A stretch of 64,000 nt of DNA from an uncultured Proteiniphilum sp. GTDB taxonomy: Bacteria > Bacteroidota > Bacteroidia > Bacteroidales > Dysgonomonadaceae. Below are positions 11,028 to 20,944 of the stretch, piece by piece. Both the position numbers and the translations under genes were made by a program. The stretch is from NCBI GenBank assembly GCA_964346415.1, contig CAYFUQ010000005.1, positions 1,720-65,719 on the forward strand, written 5' to 3'. The notes under the pieces are model-generated. The model worked only from the letters and a program-made list of their open reading frames with translations, had not been told where the DNA came from and did not search any database. The number at the start of each line of letters is the position of its first letter. Positions within the stretch are counted from its first letter, which is position 1.

Positions 11028-11061
11028 ACAGCGGGGTAAATAAATTATAAAAAGCAAAGAA

Positions 11062-11469
11062 ATGAGTGCAAGAAAAAGAATATCAGCAGAAATTAGAAAA
11101 GAAGCCCGCAAAGATGTTGCTTTGGCTGTTTTGAAAGATGCTCCAACTTCACCCCGCAAGATGCGCTATGTAGCAGATATGGTTCGTGGAATGGAAGTCT
11201 TCAGAGCATTAGGCGTTTTGAAGTTTACTAATAAAGAAGCTGCTGGAAGAATAGAAAAGTTGCTTCTGTCTGCAATCTCAAACTGGGAACAAAAAAATGA
11301 GAGAAAAGCTGATGCAGGCGAACTTTATATTAAAACAATCTCCGTTGACGGAGGTCCAATGTTGAAGAGACTGCGTCCGGCTCCTCAGGGAAGAGGACAC
11401 AGAATTCGTAAACGTTCAAATCACGTTACTATTGTGGTGGATACTTATAACAAAGAACAAGAAAATTAA
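11062..11469 (+). CDS. rplV: 50S ribosomal protein L22
   Basis: 135 aa. [14 protein letters not shown] motif. Synteny. Confidence 0.95.
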   Translation: MSARKRISAEIRKEARKDVALAVLKDAPTSPRKMRYVADMVRGMEVFRALGVLKFTNKEAAGRIEKLLLSAISNWEQKNERKADAGELYIKTISVDGGPMLKRLRPAPQGRGHRIRKRSNHVTIVVDTYNKEQEN

Positions 11470-11478
11470 TAAAGGCAG

Positions 11479-12249
11479 ATGGGACAAAAAGTAAATCCGA
11501 TAGCAAATCGTTTGGGTATCATCAGAGGATGGGACTCTAATTGGTACGGTGGAAACAACTATGGCGAAATGGTGTTAGAAGATAACAAAATTCGCGAATA
11601 TTTGAACGCCCGTCTTGCCAAAGCAAGCGTATCGCGCATTATTATAGAAAGAACTCTGAAATTGGTTACTGTTACTATCAGTACTGCTCGTCCGGGTATT
11701 ATTATCGGTAAGGGTGGTCAGGAAGTTGACAGACTGAAAGAGGAGATGAAGAAAAACGTTGACAAAGATGTTCAAATTAATATCTTTGAAATTAAGAAGC
11801 CTGCACTAGATGCTATAATTGTTGCAAACAATATCGCTCGTCAGCTTGAAGGCAGAATTGCATATCGTCGTGCCGTGAAAATGGCTATTGCTTCGACCAT
11901 GAGAATGGGTGCTGAAGGAATAAAAATTCAAGTATCAGGACGATTGAATAATGCTGAAATGGCCCGTTCGGAGATGTATAAAGAGGGAAGAACACCACTT
12001 CATACTTTCCGTGCAGATATCGACTATGCTCATGCAGAAGCATTGACAAAGGTTGGTATCATTGGTGTCAAAGTTTGGATTTGCCGTGGCGAAGTTTATG
12101 GCAAGAGAGATTTAGCTCCTTCATACACATACTCTAAAGATTCACGTGGCCGTTCAGGTTCAAACCGTGGTGGTGGTAGAGGTGGCCGTTCAGAAGGTGG
12201 CAGAGGTGGTGCCAGAAAAGGCAGAAGAACAAATAATAAAAACGCATAA
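11479..12249 (+). CDS. rpsC: 30S ribosomal protein S3, with Arg/Gly-rich C-terminal tail
   Basis: [13 protein letters not shown] start and KH-domain block [11 protein letters not shown]. 256 aa. Confidence 0.97.
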   Translation: MGQKVNPIANRLGIIRGWDSNWYGGNNYGEMVLEDNKIREYLNARLAKASVSRIIIERTLKLVTVTISTARPGIIIGKGGQEVDRLKEEMKKNVDKDVQINIFEIKKPALDAIIVANNIARQLEGRIAYRRAVKMAIASTMRMGAEGIKIQVSGRLNNAEMARSEMYKEGRTPLHTFRADIDYAHAEALTKVGIIGVKVWICRGEVYGKRDLAPSYTYSKDSRGRSGSNRGGGRGGRSEGGRGGARKGRRTNNKNA

Positions 12250-12255
12250 ACTACT

Positions 12256-12678
12256 ATGTTACAACCGAAAAAAACAAAATACAGAAGACGCCAAAAGGGT
12301 CGCATGAAGGGTAATGCTCAGCGTGGTAACCAACTGGCATTCGGTACATTCGGGATTAAGTCATTAGAATCAAAATGGATAACCGGTAATCAGATTGAAG
12401 CTGCCCGTGTTGCCGTTACGCGATACATGCAACGTCAAGGACAAGTATGGGTTCGTATTTTTCCTGATAAACCAATTACTAAAAAACCGGCAGAAGTGCG
12501 AATGGGTAAAGGTAAAGGTAATCCGGAAGGATTTGTTGCTCCGGTTACTCCAGGAAGAATTCTCTTTGAAATTGAAGGTGTACCATTTGATGTGGCAAAA
12601 GAAGCTCTGCGCTTAGCAGCTCAGAAATTGCCCGTTACAACAAAATTTGTTGTTAGAAGAGATTATCAACAAGCTTAA
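12256..12678 (+). CDS. rplP: 50S ribosomal protein L16
   Basis: [11 protein letters not shown] start, [10 protein letters not shown] motif. Confidence 0.98.
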   Translation: MLQPKKTKYRRRQKGRMKGNAQRGNQLAFGTFGIKSLESKWITGNQIEAARVAVTRYMQRQGQVWVRIFPDKPITKKPAEVRMGKGKGNPEGFVAPVTPGRILFEIEGVPFDVAKEALRLAAQKLPVTTKFVVRRDYQQA

Positions 12679-12693
12679 AATTTATAAAGCAGG

Positions 12694-12903
12694 ATGAAAT
12701 CAAAATATCAAGAATATAAAGAGTTGCCCGAGCAAGATCTGATTGAGAGACTAGAGGCAGAGAAAACTGAATTGACTCAGTTGAAGATTAATCACTCTAT
12801 CACTCCACTGGACGATTCGGGTGTTATTAAAGAAAAACGTAAAAACATTGCACGTATCAATACTGAATTGCGTGCTCGTGAATTGAACAAAGCTCAAAAT
12901 TAA
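12694..12903 (+). CDS. rpmC: 50S ribosomal protein L29
   Basis: 69 aa helical protein between rplP and rpsQ. Confidence 0.9.
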   Translation: MKSKYQEYKELPEQDLIERLEAEKTELTQLKINHSITPLDDSGVIKEKRKNIARINTELRARELNKAQN

Positions 12904-12905
12904 TA

Positions 12906-13163
12906 ATGGAAACGAGAAATTTAAGAAAAGAAAGAATCGGGGTCGTTTTCAGCAACAAAATGGAGAAATCTGTTACTGTTACTGTAAAATGGAAAGAGAA
13001 ACACCCTATTTATGGGAAGTTCGTTAGTAAAACGAAGAAATTTCACGCCCATGATGAGAAAAATGACTGTAACATAGGTGATACAGTGCGTATAATGGAA
13101 ACCCGTCCTTTGAGCAAAACAAAGAGATGGAGAGTGGTTGAAGTAATAGAAAGGGCTAAATAA
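12906..13163 (+). CDS. rpsQ: 30S ribosomal protein S17
   Basis: 85 aa. [17 protein letters not shown] and HDEKN.C..GD.V.I.ETRPLSK.KRW pattern. Confidence 0.96.
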   Translation: METRNLRKERIGVVFSNKMEKSVTVTVKWKEKHPIYGKFVSKTKKFHAHDEKNDCNIGDTVRIMETRPLSKTKRWRVVEVIERAK

Positions 13164-13164
13164 G

Positions 13165-13530
13165 ATGATACAACAAGAATCAAGATTAACCGTAACCGAT
13201 AACAGCGGAGCCAAAGAAGTTATGTGTATCCGTGTGTTGGGTGGAACGAAAAGACGTTATGCGTCTGTTGGGGATATCATCGTTGTGGCTGTAAAGAGCG
13301 TTATCCCTTCAAGTGACATTAAGAAAGGAGCTATATCAAAAGCAATCATCGTTCGCACTAAGAAAGAAATCAGACGTGCAGATGGTTCGTATATTCGCTT
13401 CGATGATAACGCATGTGTATTATTAAATAATGCCGGCGATATCAGAGCTAGTCGTATTTTTGGACCGGTAGCGCGAGAGCTGCGTACTGCTAATATGAAG
13501 ATTGTGTCATTAGCACCGGAAGTTCTATAA
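13165..13530 (+). CDS. rplN: 50S ribosomal protein L14
   Basis: [17 protein letters not shown] start. 121 aa. Confidence 0.98.
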   Translation: MIQQESRLTVTDNSGAKEVMCIRVLGGTKRRYASVGDIIVVAVKSVIPSSDIKKGAISKAIIVRTKKEIRRADGSYIRFDDNACVLLNNAGDIRASRIFGPVARELRTANMKIVSLAPEVL

Positions 13531-13550
13531 CTATTAATCAATCACAGGCA

Positions 13551-13871
13551 ATGAGTAAATTACATATTAAAAAAGGCGACACAGTTTATGTTAACTCCGG
13601 AGAGGACAAAGGCAAAACCGGACGAGTACTTGAAGTACTTGTTTCGAAAAACAGAGCAATTGTTGAAGGCGTTAATATAGTGTCTAAGCATACCAAACCC
13701 AATGCACAGAACCCAAATGGGGGAATTGAGAAGATTGAGGCACCAATTCATATTTCTAAATTGAATTTGGTTGATCCTAAATCTGGTAAACCAACTCGCA
13801 TTGGTCGTAAATTAGATAGTAAAGGTAAATTAGTGCGTTATGCAAAAAAATCAGGGGAGGTAATTAAGTAA
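13551..13871 (+). CDS. rplX: 50S ribosomal protein L24
   Basis: 106 aa. [20 protein letters not shown] (KOW motif). Confidence 0.96.
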   Translation: MSKLHIKKGDTVYVNSGEDKGKTGRVLEVLVSKNRAIVEGVNIVSKHTKPNAQNPNGGIEKIEAPIHISKLNLVDPKSGKPTRIGRKLDSKGKLVRYAKKSGEVIK

Positions 13872-14488
13872 TGGCAAACGAAAACAAATCAACACAAAGT
13901 GCTAATTCTCCTCAGAGTGAAAATAATAAAGGCATGAGCACAACAACTTTAAAACAAGAATATAAAGAACGTATTGTTCCGGCTCTTGTAAAAGAATTTG
14001 GTTATAAGTCTGTAATGCAGGCTCCAAAATTAGAGAAAATAGTTATCAATCAAGGTTTGGGAATTGGAGTTTCTGATAAAAAAATTATCGAAACAGCAAT
14101 TAACGAGCTTACTGCAATTACAGGACAGAAAGCAGTACCTACTTACTCGCGTAAAGATATTTCAAACTTTAAGCTACGTAAGAAAATGACAATTGGTGCA
14201 CGTGTGACTTTGCGTCACGATAAGATGTACGAATTCCTTGAAAGATTAGTAAGAGTTGCTCTTCCACGTATTCGTGACTTTAGAGGTATCGAAGCAAAGT
14301 TAGATGGAAGAGGTAATTATACTTTAGGAGTTCAGGAGCAAATCATTTTCCCTGAAATAAACATTGATAACATCTCTCGTATCCTTGGAATGAACATTAC
14401 TTTTGTTACATCGGCTAATACCGACGAAGAAGGATATGCTTTGCTAAAGGAATTCGGACTACCGTTCAAAACTGAAAAAAACAATTAA
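13871..14488 (+). CDS. rplE: 50S ribosomal protein L5 (start ambiguous)
   Basis: Conserved L5 core LKQEYKERI...KIVINQGLG. The ATG at 13871 overlaps the rplX stop (TAATG) and adds 21 low-complexity residues. An alternative ATG at 13934 ([10 protein letters not shown]) gives a canonical length. Confidence 0.93.
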   Translation: MANENKSTQSANSPQSENNKGMSTTTLKQEYKERIVPALVKEFGYKSVMQAPKLEKIVINQGLGIGVSDKKIIETAINELTAITGQKAVPTYSRKDISNFKLRKKMTIGARVTLRHDKMYEFLERLVRVALPRIRDFRGIEAKLDGRGNYTLGVQEQIIFPEINIDNISRILGMNITFVTSANTDEEGYALLKEFGLPFKTEKNN

Positions 14489-14491
14489 GAA

Positions 14492-14761
14492 ATGGCAAAA
14501 GAATCAATGAAAGCCCGCGAGGTTAAGAGAGCACGTATGGCAGCTAAATATGCTGATAAAAGAGCAAAATATTTAGCAGAAGGTAATTACGAAGCTCTGC
14601 AGACGATTCCTAAAAATGCTTCTCCCGTTCGTCAGCACAATAGATGCAACATTACGGGGCGTCCAAAAGGATATATGCGTCAGTTTGGACTATCGCGCAT
14701 TCAGTTTAGGGAAATGGCTTCGCAAGGTCTCATACCGGGTGTGAAGAAAGCAAGCTGGTAA
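14492..14761 (+). CDS. rpsN: 30S ribosomal protein S14 (89-aa long form, no CxxC zinc motif seen)
   Basis: [13 protein letters not shown] start, C-terminal [19 protein letters not shown]. Confidence 0.96.
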   Translation: MAKESMKAREVKRARMAAKYADKRAKYLAEGNYEALQTIPKNASPVRQHNRCNITGRPKGYMRQFGLSRIQFREMASQGLIPGVKKASW

Positions 14762-14879
14762 AATATAAGACTAAAGTTTAATGCATTTAGCTTTGCTATT
14801 TGTGTTATGCTTTATCGCACATTAGAGAATTTATTAAATATTGTTCCGAAAGTCGGAATCAATTTAAACTTTATATAAA

Positions 14880-15275
14880 ATGACAGATCCAATAGCAGAT
14901 TATTTGACGCGCTTGAGAAACGCCATCCTCGCAAAACACAGAGTGGTGGAAATTCCTGCATCAAATCTAAAAAAAGAGATGACCAAGATTCTCTTTGAAA
15001 AAGGATACATTCTTAACTATAAGTTTGTAGAAGATGGTCCTCAGGGCACTATTATGATAGCCTTGAAATATGACCCGGTGAGCAAAGTTAATGCAATCAA
15101 AAAGATGACAAGAATTTCTACACCGGGATTACGTCAATACGTTGGTTACAAAAATATACCACGTGTATTGAATGGATTGGGTATAGCCATATTATCTACT
15201 TCACAAGGTGTGATGACCGATAAGGAAGCTGCTAATCTAAAGATTGGTGGTGAAGTATTATGCCATGTTTATTAA
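14880..15275 (+). CDS. rpsH: 30S ribosomal protein S8
   Basis: MTDPIADYLTRLRNA start. 131 aa. Confidence 0.97.
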   Translation: MTDPIADYLTRLRNAILAKHRVVEIPASNLKKEMTKILFEKGYILNYKFVEDGPQGTIMIALKYDPVSKVNAIKKMTRISTPGLRQYVGYKNIPRVLNGLGIAILSTSQGVMTDKEAANLKIGGEVLCHVY

Positions 15276-15291
15276 TTAGGAGGAAAATAGT

Positions 15292-15843
15292 ATGTCAAGA
15301 ATAGGAAAATTACCCATAACAATCCCTTCCGGCGTTGAGATAAAAGTTGGAAGCGATAACGAAGTTATAGTAAAAGGGCCAAAAGGCGAGTTGAAACAAC
15401 AGGTTAATCCTGACCTTAAACTAACAATAGAGGATGGTACATTGACAGTTGAAAGACCTACTGACAGTAAAGAGCACAGATCTCTTCACGGATTGTATCG
15501 TTCATTGATTAATAATATGGTGATTGGTGTTTCAGAAGGTTTTAAAAAGGAACTTGAGTTGGTAGGTGTAGGTTACCGTGTTGAAAACAAAGGACAACTT
15601 CTTGAATTGTCTTTAGGTTTTACTCACAGTATATTTATGCAGTTACCGGACGAAATCAAGATTGAAACCAAGATGGAAAGGAACAAAAATCCGCTTATTA
15701 CCTTGGAGTCTGCCGACAAACAGTTGCTTGGGCAAGTTTGTGCTAAAATACGCTCATTCCGCAAGCCTGAACCATATAAAGGAAAAGGTGTCAAGTTTGT
15801 TGGTGAAGAGTTGCGTCGCAAATCAGGTAAAACAGCAGGTTAA
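15292..15843 (+). CDS. rplF: 50S ribosomal protein L6
   Basis: MSRIGKLPITIPSGV start, C-terminal EPYKGKGVKF. Confidence 0.97.
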   Translation: MSRIGKLPITIPSGVEIKVGSDNEVIVKGPKGELKQQVNPDLKLTIEDGTLTVERPTDSKEHRSLHGLYRSLINNMVIGVSEGFKKELELVGVGYRVENKGQLLELSLGFTHSIFMQLPDEIKIETKMERNKNPLITLESADKQLLGQVCAKIRSFRKPEPYKGKGVKFVGEELRRKSGKTAG

Positions 15844-15868
15844 TTAAACTAAGAAATCAAAAATCACT

Positions 15869-16213
15869 ATGTTGACAAAAGTACAAAGAAGAAATAAAAT
15901 AAAAACTCGTGTTCGTGGTAAAGTTACCGGAACAACTGAGCGTCCTCGTTTGACTGTGTTTAGAAGCAACAAGCAAATTTATGCACAAATAATCGATGAT
16001 ATAAAAGGAGTAACTTTAGCTTCGGCTTCATCTTTGAAATTAGAAGACAAGTTGCCTAAGAAAGAGATAGCTGCCAAGGTAGGAGAATTAATTGCTGCCA
16101 GCGCTAAAGAGGCCGGTGTTGAAACTGTGTCATTTGATCGTAATGGGTATTTATATCATGGACGTGTAAAGGAATTGGCGGATGCTGCTCGTAAAGGAGG
16201 ACTTAAATTTTAA
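15869..16213 (+). CDS. rplR: 50S ribosomal protein L18
   Basis: 114 aa. [40 protein letters not shown]. Confidence 0.97.
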   Translation: MLTKVQRRNKIKTRVRGKVTGTTERPRLTVFRSNKQIYAQIIDDIKGVTLASASSLKLEDKLPKKEIAAKVGELIAASAKEAGVETVSFDRNGYLYHGRVKELADAARKGGLKF

Positions 16214-16219
16214 ATAACT

Positions 16220-16738
16220 ATGGCTAGAAAAGACAATAGAGTAAAATCTACAAACGATTTAGAGTTAAAAGACAGATTAGTGTCTATAAACCGTACTACG
16301 AAAGTAACCAAAGGTGGTCGTACTTTCACTTTTGCTGCCATGGTTGTGGTAGGTAATGAAGATGGAATTGTTGGATGGGGCTTAGGTAAAGCAGGTGAAG
16401 TTACAACAGCTATTGCTAAAGGAGTTGAAGCTGCAAAGAAAAATCTAGTTAAGGTTCCTGTTCATAAAGGAACAATTCCTCATGAGCAAGTAGCAAGATT
16501 TGCAGGAGCTGAAGTTTTCTTGAAACCTGCTTTCGAGGGAACAGGAGTAAAAGCTGGTGGTGCGATGCGTGCTGTTTTGGAAAGTGCCGGTATTACTGAT
16601 ATTTTGGCTAAATCAAAAGGTTCACCCAATCCACTCAACTTGGTAAAAGCAACTGTTGCTGCTTTGTGCGAATTGAGAGATCCGCTTACTGTTGCTCAAA
16701 ATCGTGGTGTAAGCTTAGAAAAAGTTTTTAAAGGATAA
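16220..16738 (+). CDS. rpsE: 30S ribosomal protein S5
   Basis: 172 aa. [28 protein letters not shown] motif. Confidence 0.97.
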   Translation: MARKDNRVKSTNDLELKDRLVSINRTTKVTKGGRTFTFAAMVVVGNEDGIVGWGLGKAGEVTTAIAKGVEAAKKNLVKVPVHKGTIPHEQVARFAGAEVFLKPAFEGTGVKAGGAMRAVLESAGITDILAKSKGSPNPLNLVKATVAALCELRDPLTVAQNRGVSLEKVFKG

Positions 16739-16756
16739 TAAAAGGAGATTTATAAG

Positions 16757-16933
16757 ATGACTACGATTAAAATAAAACAAACGAAAAGTAGAATTGGTAG
16801 TACTCAAAACCAAAGAAGAACTTTAGATTCTTTAGGACTGACCAAACTTAACCAGGTGGTAGAGCATAATGATACTCCTGTAATCAGGGGATTTATTAAG
16901 AAAGTTCATCATTTGGTAACTATAGTAGAATAA
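16757..16933 (+). CDS. rpmD: 50S ribosomal protein L30
   Basis: Not in the ORF track because it is 58 aa. Hand translation gives MTTIKIKQTKSRIGSTQNQRRTLDSLGLTKLNQVVEHNDTPVIRGFIKKVHHLVTIVE. The ATG is at 16757 and the TAA at 16931-16933. It sits in the canonical slot between rpsE and rplO. Confidence 0.9.
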   Translation: MTTIKIKQTKSRIGSTQNQRRTLDSLGLTKLNQVVEHNDTPVIRGFIKKVHHLVTIVE

Positions 16934-16967
16934 TTTAGTATAAAACGAATTAAAGTAGATATATAAA

Positions 16968-17414
16968 ATGGATCTATCAAACTTAAAGCCTGCACAAGGA
17001 GCAACAAAGTCACGCAAAAGAATTGGGCGTGGTATTGGTTCCGGACTAGGGCGTACTTCAACTAGAGGTCACAAAGGTGCGAAGTCAAGATCAGGCTACT
17101 CTAGAAAAACCGGATTTGAGGGCGGACAGATGCCTTTGCAGCGTCGTGTCCCTAAATTTGGATTTACACCGGTTAACAGAGTTGAATATAAAGCTATTAA
17201 CCTGGAAACACTTCAAGAATTGGCAGAAACCCTGAAAATTGAAAAAATTACCCCGGAAGTTTTAGTAAATGCCGGACTTACTGCTCCAAAGCATTTGGTT
17301 AAAATTCTGGGTAAAGGTTCACTTTCTGCGAAATTAGAAGTTGAAGCTCATGCTTTTTCAAAATCAGCAGAACAAGCTATTAGCAATGCTGGTGGTACAG
17401 CTGTAAAACTCTAA
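16968..17414 (+). CDS. rplO: 50S ribosomal protein L15
   Basis: 148 aa. [24 protein letters not shown]...GHKG motif. Confidence 0.96.
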   Translation: MDLSNLKPAQGATKSRKRIGRGIGSGLGRTSTRGHKGAKSRSGYSRKTGFEGGQMPLQRRVPKFGFTPVNRVEYKAINLETLQELAETLKIEKITPEVLVNAGLTAPKHLVKILGKGSLSAKLEVEAHAFSKSAEQAISNAGGTAVKL

Positions 17415-17418
17415 TGAA

Positions 17419-18741
17419 ATGGGATTTGTACAAACAGTAAAGAATATTTGGAAAATTGAGGATCTGCGAGCCAGGTTGTTAATCACAATATCTTTTATTG
17501 CGATTTATCGTTTTGGTTCATTCGTGGTTTTGCCAGGTGTTAATCCTTTACAGCTACAAGCACTACAGGCTAACGCAAGCTCAGGTTTGCTAAGCCTGCT
17601 TGATATGTTTTCCGGAGGTGCATTCTCAAACGCATCTATATTTGCGTTAGGAATTATGCCATATATTTCTGCATCTATTGTTATGCAGTTATTAGGTATT
17701 GCTGTTCCGGCATTTCAAAAAATGCAGCGAGAAGGTGAGAGTGGAAGAACAAAAATGAATCAATGGACGCGTTACTTGACCGTACTTATTCTTTTATTTC
17801 AGGGACCTGCATATATTTATGGTGCTTTGGGTTCTGCTGTTCCCGGTGGACTCTTCGATTGGGTAATTCCTTCAACAATAATACTTGCCGGAGGCAGTAT
17901 GTTTGTATTGTGGCTGGGTGAAAGAATTACTGATAAGGGTATTGGAAATGGTATATCATTTATCATTTTGATTGGTATTATTGCTCGTTTGCCTCATGCG
18001 TTGTTTGCAGAAGTCGATCGTTTGCTAAATGCTCCCGGAGGATTAGTATTATTCCTTCTTGAAATCATCTTCTTGATGATTGTTATCGCCGGAGCTATTA
18101 TGTTGGTACAAGGAACTAGAAGAGTTCCGGTTCAATATGCAAAAAGAATTGTAGGCAACAGACAGTATGGCGGCGTACGTCAGTATATTCCTCTAAAAGT
18201 TAATGCAGCTAACGTAATGCCTATCATTTTTGCTCAAGCAATTATGTTCATTCCTTTGACTTTGGCTAAATTTTCAGCCGGAGAAGGAGGTGGATTCTGG
18301 GCATCTCTGATGGATTTTACAAGTTTTTGGTATAACTTTATCTTTGCATTACTTATCATTGCGTTCACATATTTCTATACAGCCGTTACTGTAAATCCAA
18401 CGCAAATGGCAGAAGATTTGAAAAGGAACAATGGTTTTATCCCTGGTATTAAGCCGGGTAAAAAAACTGCGGATTACATTGACACAATAATGTCCAGAAT
18501 TACATTTCCCGGTTCTTTATTCCTTGCATTAGTTGCTATCATGCCGGCTTTTGCAGGATTATTGGGAATTAATTCTCAATTTGCAAACTTCTTCGGAGGT
18601 ACTTCCCTGCTCATTTTGGTGGGTGTTGTTTTAGATACACTGCAACAAATTGAAAGCCATTTATTGATGCGTCATTATGATGGTTTCCTTAAGTCGGGTG
18701 CAAGGATTACAGGTAGAACGGGTTCTATGGCAGCCTATTAA
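17419..18741 (+). CDS. secY: Preprotein translocase subunit SecY
   Basis: 440 aa polytopic membrane protein. Conserved GIMPYISASI and GERITDKGIGNGIS blocks. Follows rplO. Confidence 0.97.
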   Translation: MGFVQTVKNIWKIEDLRARLLITISFIAIYRFGSFVVLPGVNPLQLQALQANASSGLLSLLDMFSGGAFSNASIFALGIMPYISASIVMQLLGIAVPAFQKMQREGESGRTKMNQWTRYLTVLILLFQGPAYIYGALGSAVPGGLFDWVIPSTIILAGGSMFVLWLGERITDKGIGNGISFIILIGIIARLPHALFAEVDRLLNAPGGLVLFLLEIIFLMIVIAGAIMLVQGTRRVPVQYAKRIVGNRQYGGVRQYIPLKVNAANVMPIIFAQAIMFIPLTLAKFSAGEGGGFWASLMDFTSFWYNFIFALLIIAFTYFYTAVTVNPTQMAEDLKRNNGFIPGIKPGKKTADYIDTIMSRITFPGSLFLALVAIMPAFAGLLGINSQFANFFGGTSLLILVGVVLDTLQQIESHLLMRHYDGFLKSGARITGRTGSMAAY

Positions 18742-18763
18742 TTTTTAAGCTAATAAAATTTAA

Positions 18764-19537
18764 ATGAACACCAGAACGATCATACTGAAAACAGATGAAG
18801 AGATTGAACTAATGCGTCAAAGTAACCGATTAGTTGGAATGACTCTGGGTGAGTTGTCTAAACACATTAAACCCGGAATCACTACTTTGCAATTAGATAA
18901 AATAGCTAATGAGTTTATCAGAGATCATGGTGCTATTCCTACTTTTTTAGGATATAATGGCTTCCCAAATTCTATTTGCGCTTCTGTTAATGAAAATGTA
19001 GTACATGGTATTCCTAACAAGAAACCTTTAGTAGAAGGAGATGTAGTCTCAATTGACTGTGGTACTCTGCTAAGAGGTTTTTGTGGTGACTCTGCTTACA
19101 CATTTTGTGTTGGTGATGTTAGTCCTGAAGTAAAGCAGTTGCTCAAGACTACAAGAGAATCTTTATATAAAGGTATCGAACAGGCAGAAGAGGGAAAAAG
19201 AATTGGTGATATTGGCTCTGCAATTCAAACATATTGCGAGTCTCATGGATATAGTGTAGTAAGAGAGCTTGTTGGGCATGGAATAGGAAGACAAATGCAT
19301 GAACCTCCTGAAGTACCAAATTATGGACGACGTGGCACAGGTCCGCTAATTAAAAATGGTATGTGTCTTGCTATTGAACCTATGATTAATATGGGTAGTA
19401 AAAATGTGGTCTTTGAAGATGACGGCTGGACTGTCAGAACAAAAGATCGTAAGGCTTCTGCTCATTTTGAACATACAGTGGCTATACGTAATGGGAAAGC
19501 TGATATATTATCAACATTTGAATTTATTCAAGAATAA
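18764..19537 (+). CDS. map: Type I methionine aminopeptidase
   Basis: 257 aa. FLGYNGFP.S.C.S.NE.V.HGIP, D.G and GHGIG motifs. Lies directly after secY (no adk), as usual in Bacteroidetes. Confidence 0.95.
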   Translation: MNTRTIILKTDEEIELMRQSNRLVGMTLGELSKHIKPGITTLQLDKIANEFIRDHGAIPTFLGYNGFPNSICASVNENVVHGIPNKKPLVEGDVVSIDCGTLLRGFCGDSAYTFCVGDVSPEVKQLLKTTRESLYKGIEQAEEGKRIGDIGSAIQTYCESHGYSVVRELVGHGIGRQMHEPPEVPNYGRRGTGPLIKNGMCLAIEPMINMGSKNVVFEDDGWTVRTKDRKASAHFEHTVAIRNGKADILSTFEFIQE

Positions 19538-19564
19538 AAAATTAAAAAGAAAGTATTTAAATTT

Positions 19565-19783
19565 ATGGCTAAACAACCTGCAATAGAACAAGATGGAGTT
19601 ATAGTGGAAGCACTATCAAACGCCATGTTCCGTGTAGAATTAGAAAATGGACACGAAATCACTGCTCATATCTCAGGAAAAATGAGAATGCATTATATTC
19701 GTATTTTGCCGGGTGACCGAGTGCGTGTTGAAATGTCTCCTTATGATTTAACAAAGGGAAGAATATCCTTCAGATATAAATAG
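19565..19783 (+). CDS. infA: Translation initiation factor IF-1
   Basis: 72 aa. [30 protein letters not shown]...[24 protein letters not shown]. Confidence 0.98.
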   Translation: MAKQPAIEQDGVIVEALSNAMFRVELENGHEITAHISGKMRMHYIRILPGDRVRVEMSPYDLTKGRISFRYK

Positions 19784-19853
19784 AATAATAAAATTAATAT
19801 AAGTACAGACTCATCAATTTAAGTTGGGTACTTATGAAGAAAACAATAAGGCA

Positions 19854-19970
19854 ATGAAAGTAAGAGCTTCATTAAAAAAACGTTCGGCAGACTGCAAGAT
19901 TGTACGCAGAAAAGGCCGACTATATATCATCAATAAAAAGAACCCACGATTCAAACAACGTCAGGGTTAG
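19854..19970 (+). CDS. rpmJ: 50S ribosomal protein L36
   Basis: Not in the ORF track because it is 38 aa. Hand translation gives [38 protein letters not shown]. The ATG is at 19854 and the TAG at 19968-19970. It sits between infA and rpsM. Confidence 0.92.
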   Translation: MKVRASLKKRSADCKIVRRKGRLYIINKKNPRFKQRQG

Positions 19971-20001
19971 TTTAACGTAGTAACAATAAAATAAAATTAA
20001 T

Positions 20002-20382
20002 ATGGCTATTAGAATTGTAGGGGTCGATTTGCCACAGAATAAGCGAGGCGAAATAGCGTTGACTTATATTTATGGTATCGGCCGTAGCTCGGCAAACACC
20101 ATTTTAGCTAAGGCTGAGGTTGATAGAGATATCAAAGTAAAGGACTGGACAGACGATCAGGCAGCACGTATTCGTGAAATTATTTCAACTGAATACAAAG
20201 TGGAAGGTGATCTGCGTTCTGAAGTGCAATTGAACATTAAAAGATTGATGGATATAGGTTGCTACCGTGGTATTCGTCATCGTATCGGACTACCAGTGCG
20301 TGGACAAACAACAAAGAATAACGCACGTACTCATAAAGGAAGAAAGAAAACAGTTGCTAACAAGAAAAAAGCTACTAAATAA
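20002..20382 (+). CDS. rpsM: 30S ribosomal protein S13
   Basis: [11 protein letters not shown] start, [24 protein letters not shown]. Confidence 0.98.
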   Translation: MAIRIVGVDLPQNKRGEIALTYIYGIGRSSANTILAKAEVDRDIKVKDWTDDQAARIREIISTEYKVEGDLRSEVQLNIKRLMDIGCYRGIRHRIGLPVRGQTTKNNARTHKGRKKTVANKKKATK

Positions 20383-20395
20383 GATTTAAAGTAAT

Positions 20396-20785
20396 ATGGC
20401 AAAAAGAACAGTTTCAGCAAAAAAGAGAAACGTAAAGGTTAGTGCTGAAGGACAAGCACATATCTCATCTTCATTTAATAATATCATTGTTGCTTTGACC
20501 AATGAGAATGGAGAAGTAATCAGCTGGTCATCGGCTGGCAAAATGGGTTTCAGAAGTTCTAAAAAGAACACTCCATATGCTGCACAAATGGTTGCTCAGG
20601 ATTGTGCTAAAGTTGCTTATGATTTAGGATTACGCAAAGTTAAGGTTTATGTGAAGGGTCCCGGAAACGGACGTGAATCAGCAATCAGAACTTTACATGC
20701 TGCCGGTATCGAAGTAGGCGAAATAGTTGATGTAACGCCAATACCTCACAACGGTTGTCGTCCTCCTAAAGCAAGAAGAGTATAA
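20396..20785 (+). CDS. rpsK: 30S ribosomal protein S11
   Basis: 129 aa. HI.SSFNN.IV.LT...G.V..WSSAG..GF.....TPYAAQ, C-terminal [14 protein letters not shown]. Confidence 0.98.
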   Translation: MAKRTVSAKKRNVKVSAEGQAHISSSFNNIIVALTNENGEVISWSSAGKMGFRSSKKNTPYAAQMVAQDCAKVAYDLGLRKVKVYVKGPGNGRESAIRTLHAAGIEVGEIVDVTPIPHNGCRPPKARRV

Positions 20786-20800
20786 TCAAAATAACGTATT

Positions 20801-20917
20801 GATTCGACGTAATCGAATCTGATTTTTATTCACAAAAAGTTTCAATTTTACAGATACTTGAGCTGTGATTTGATTACACAACAACTTCTCTGTAATCGCG
20901 GCTGCACAGTTTGAGCT
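20801..20917 (+). promoter_or_regulatory. Structured rpsK-rpsD spacer: terminator-like hairpin plus a nested stem region (candidate S4 autoregulatory leader)
   Basis: Hairpin GATTCGA/TCGAATC (20801-20819) followed by TGATTTTTA. Nested stems GATTACA (20872-78)/TGTAATC (20891-97) and CTGTG (20863-67)/CACAG (20905-09). Direct repeat TTGAGCT at 20858-64 and 20911-17. Confidence 0.35.
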
Positions 20918-20944
20918 TCAGTAGTAAAAGTTTTAAATTACAAA

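Noticed and set aside
14781-14825. 14-codon hydrophobic mini-ORF (MHLALLFVLCFIAH) in the rpsN-rpsH spacer
   Set aside because: It is too short to support without conservation or expression data, and it has no coupling signal.
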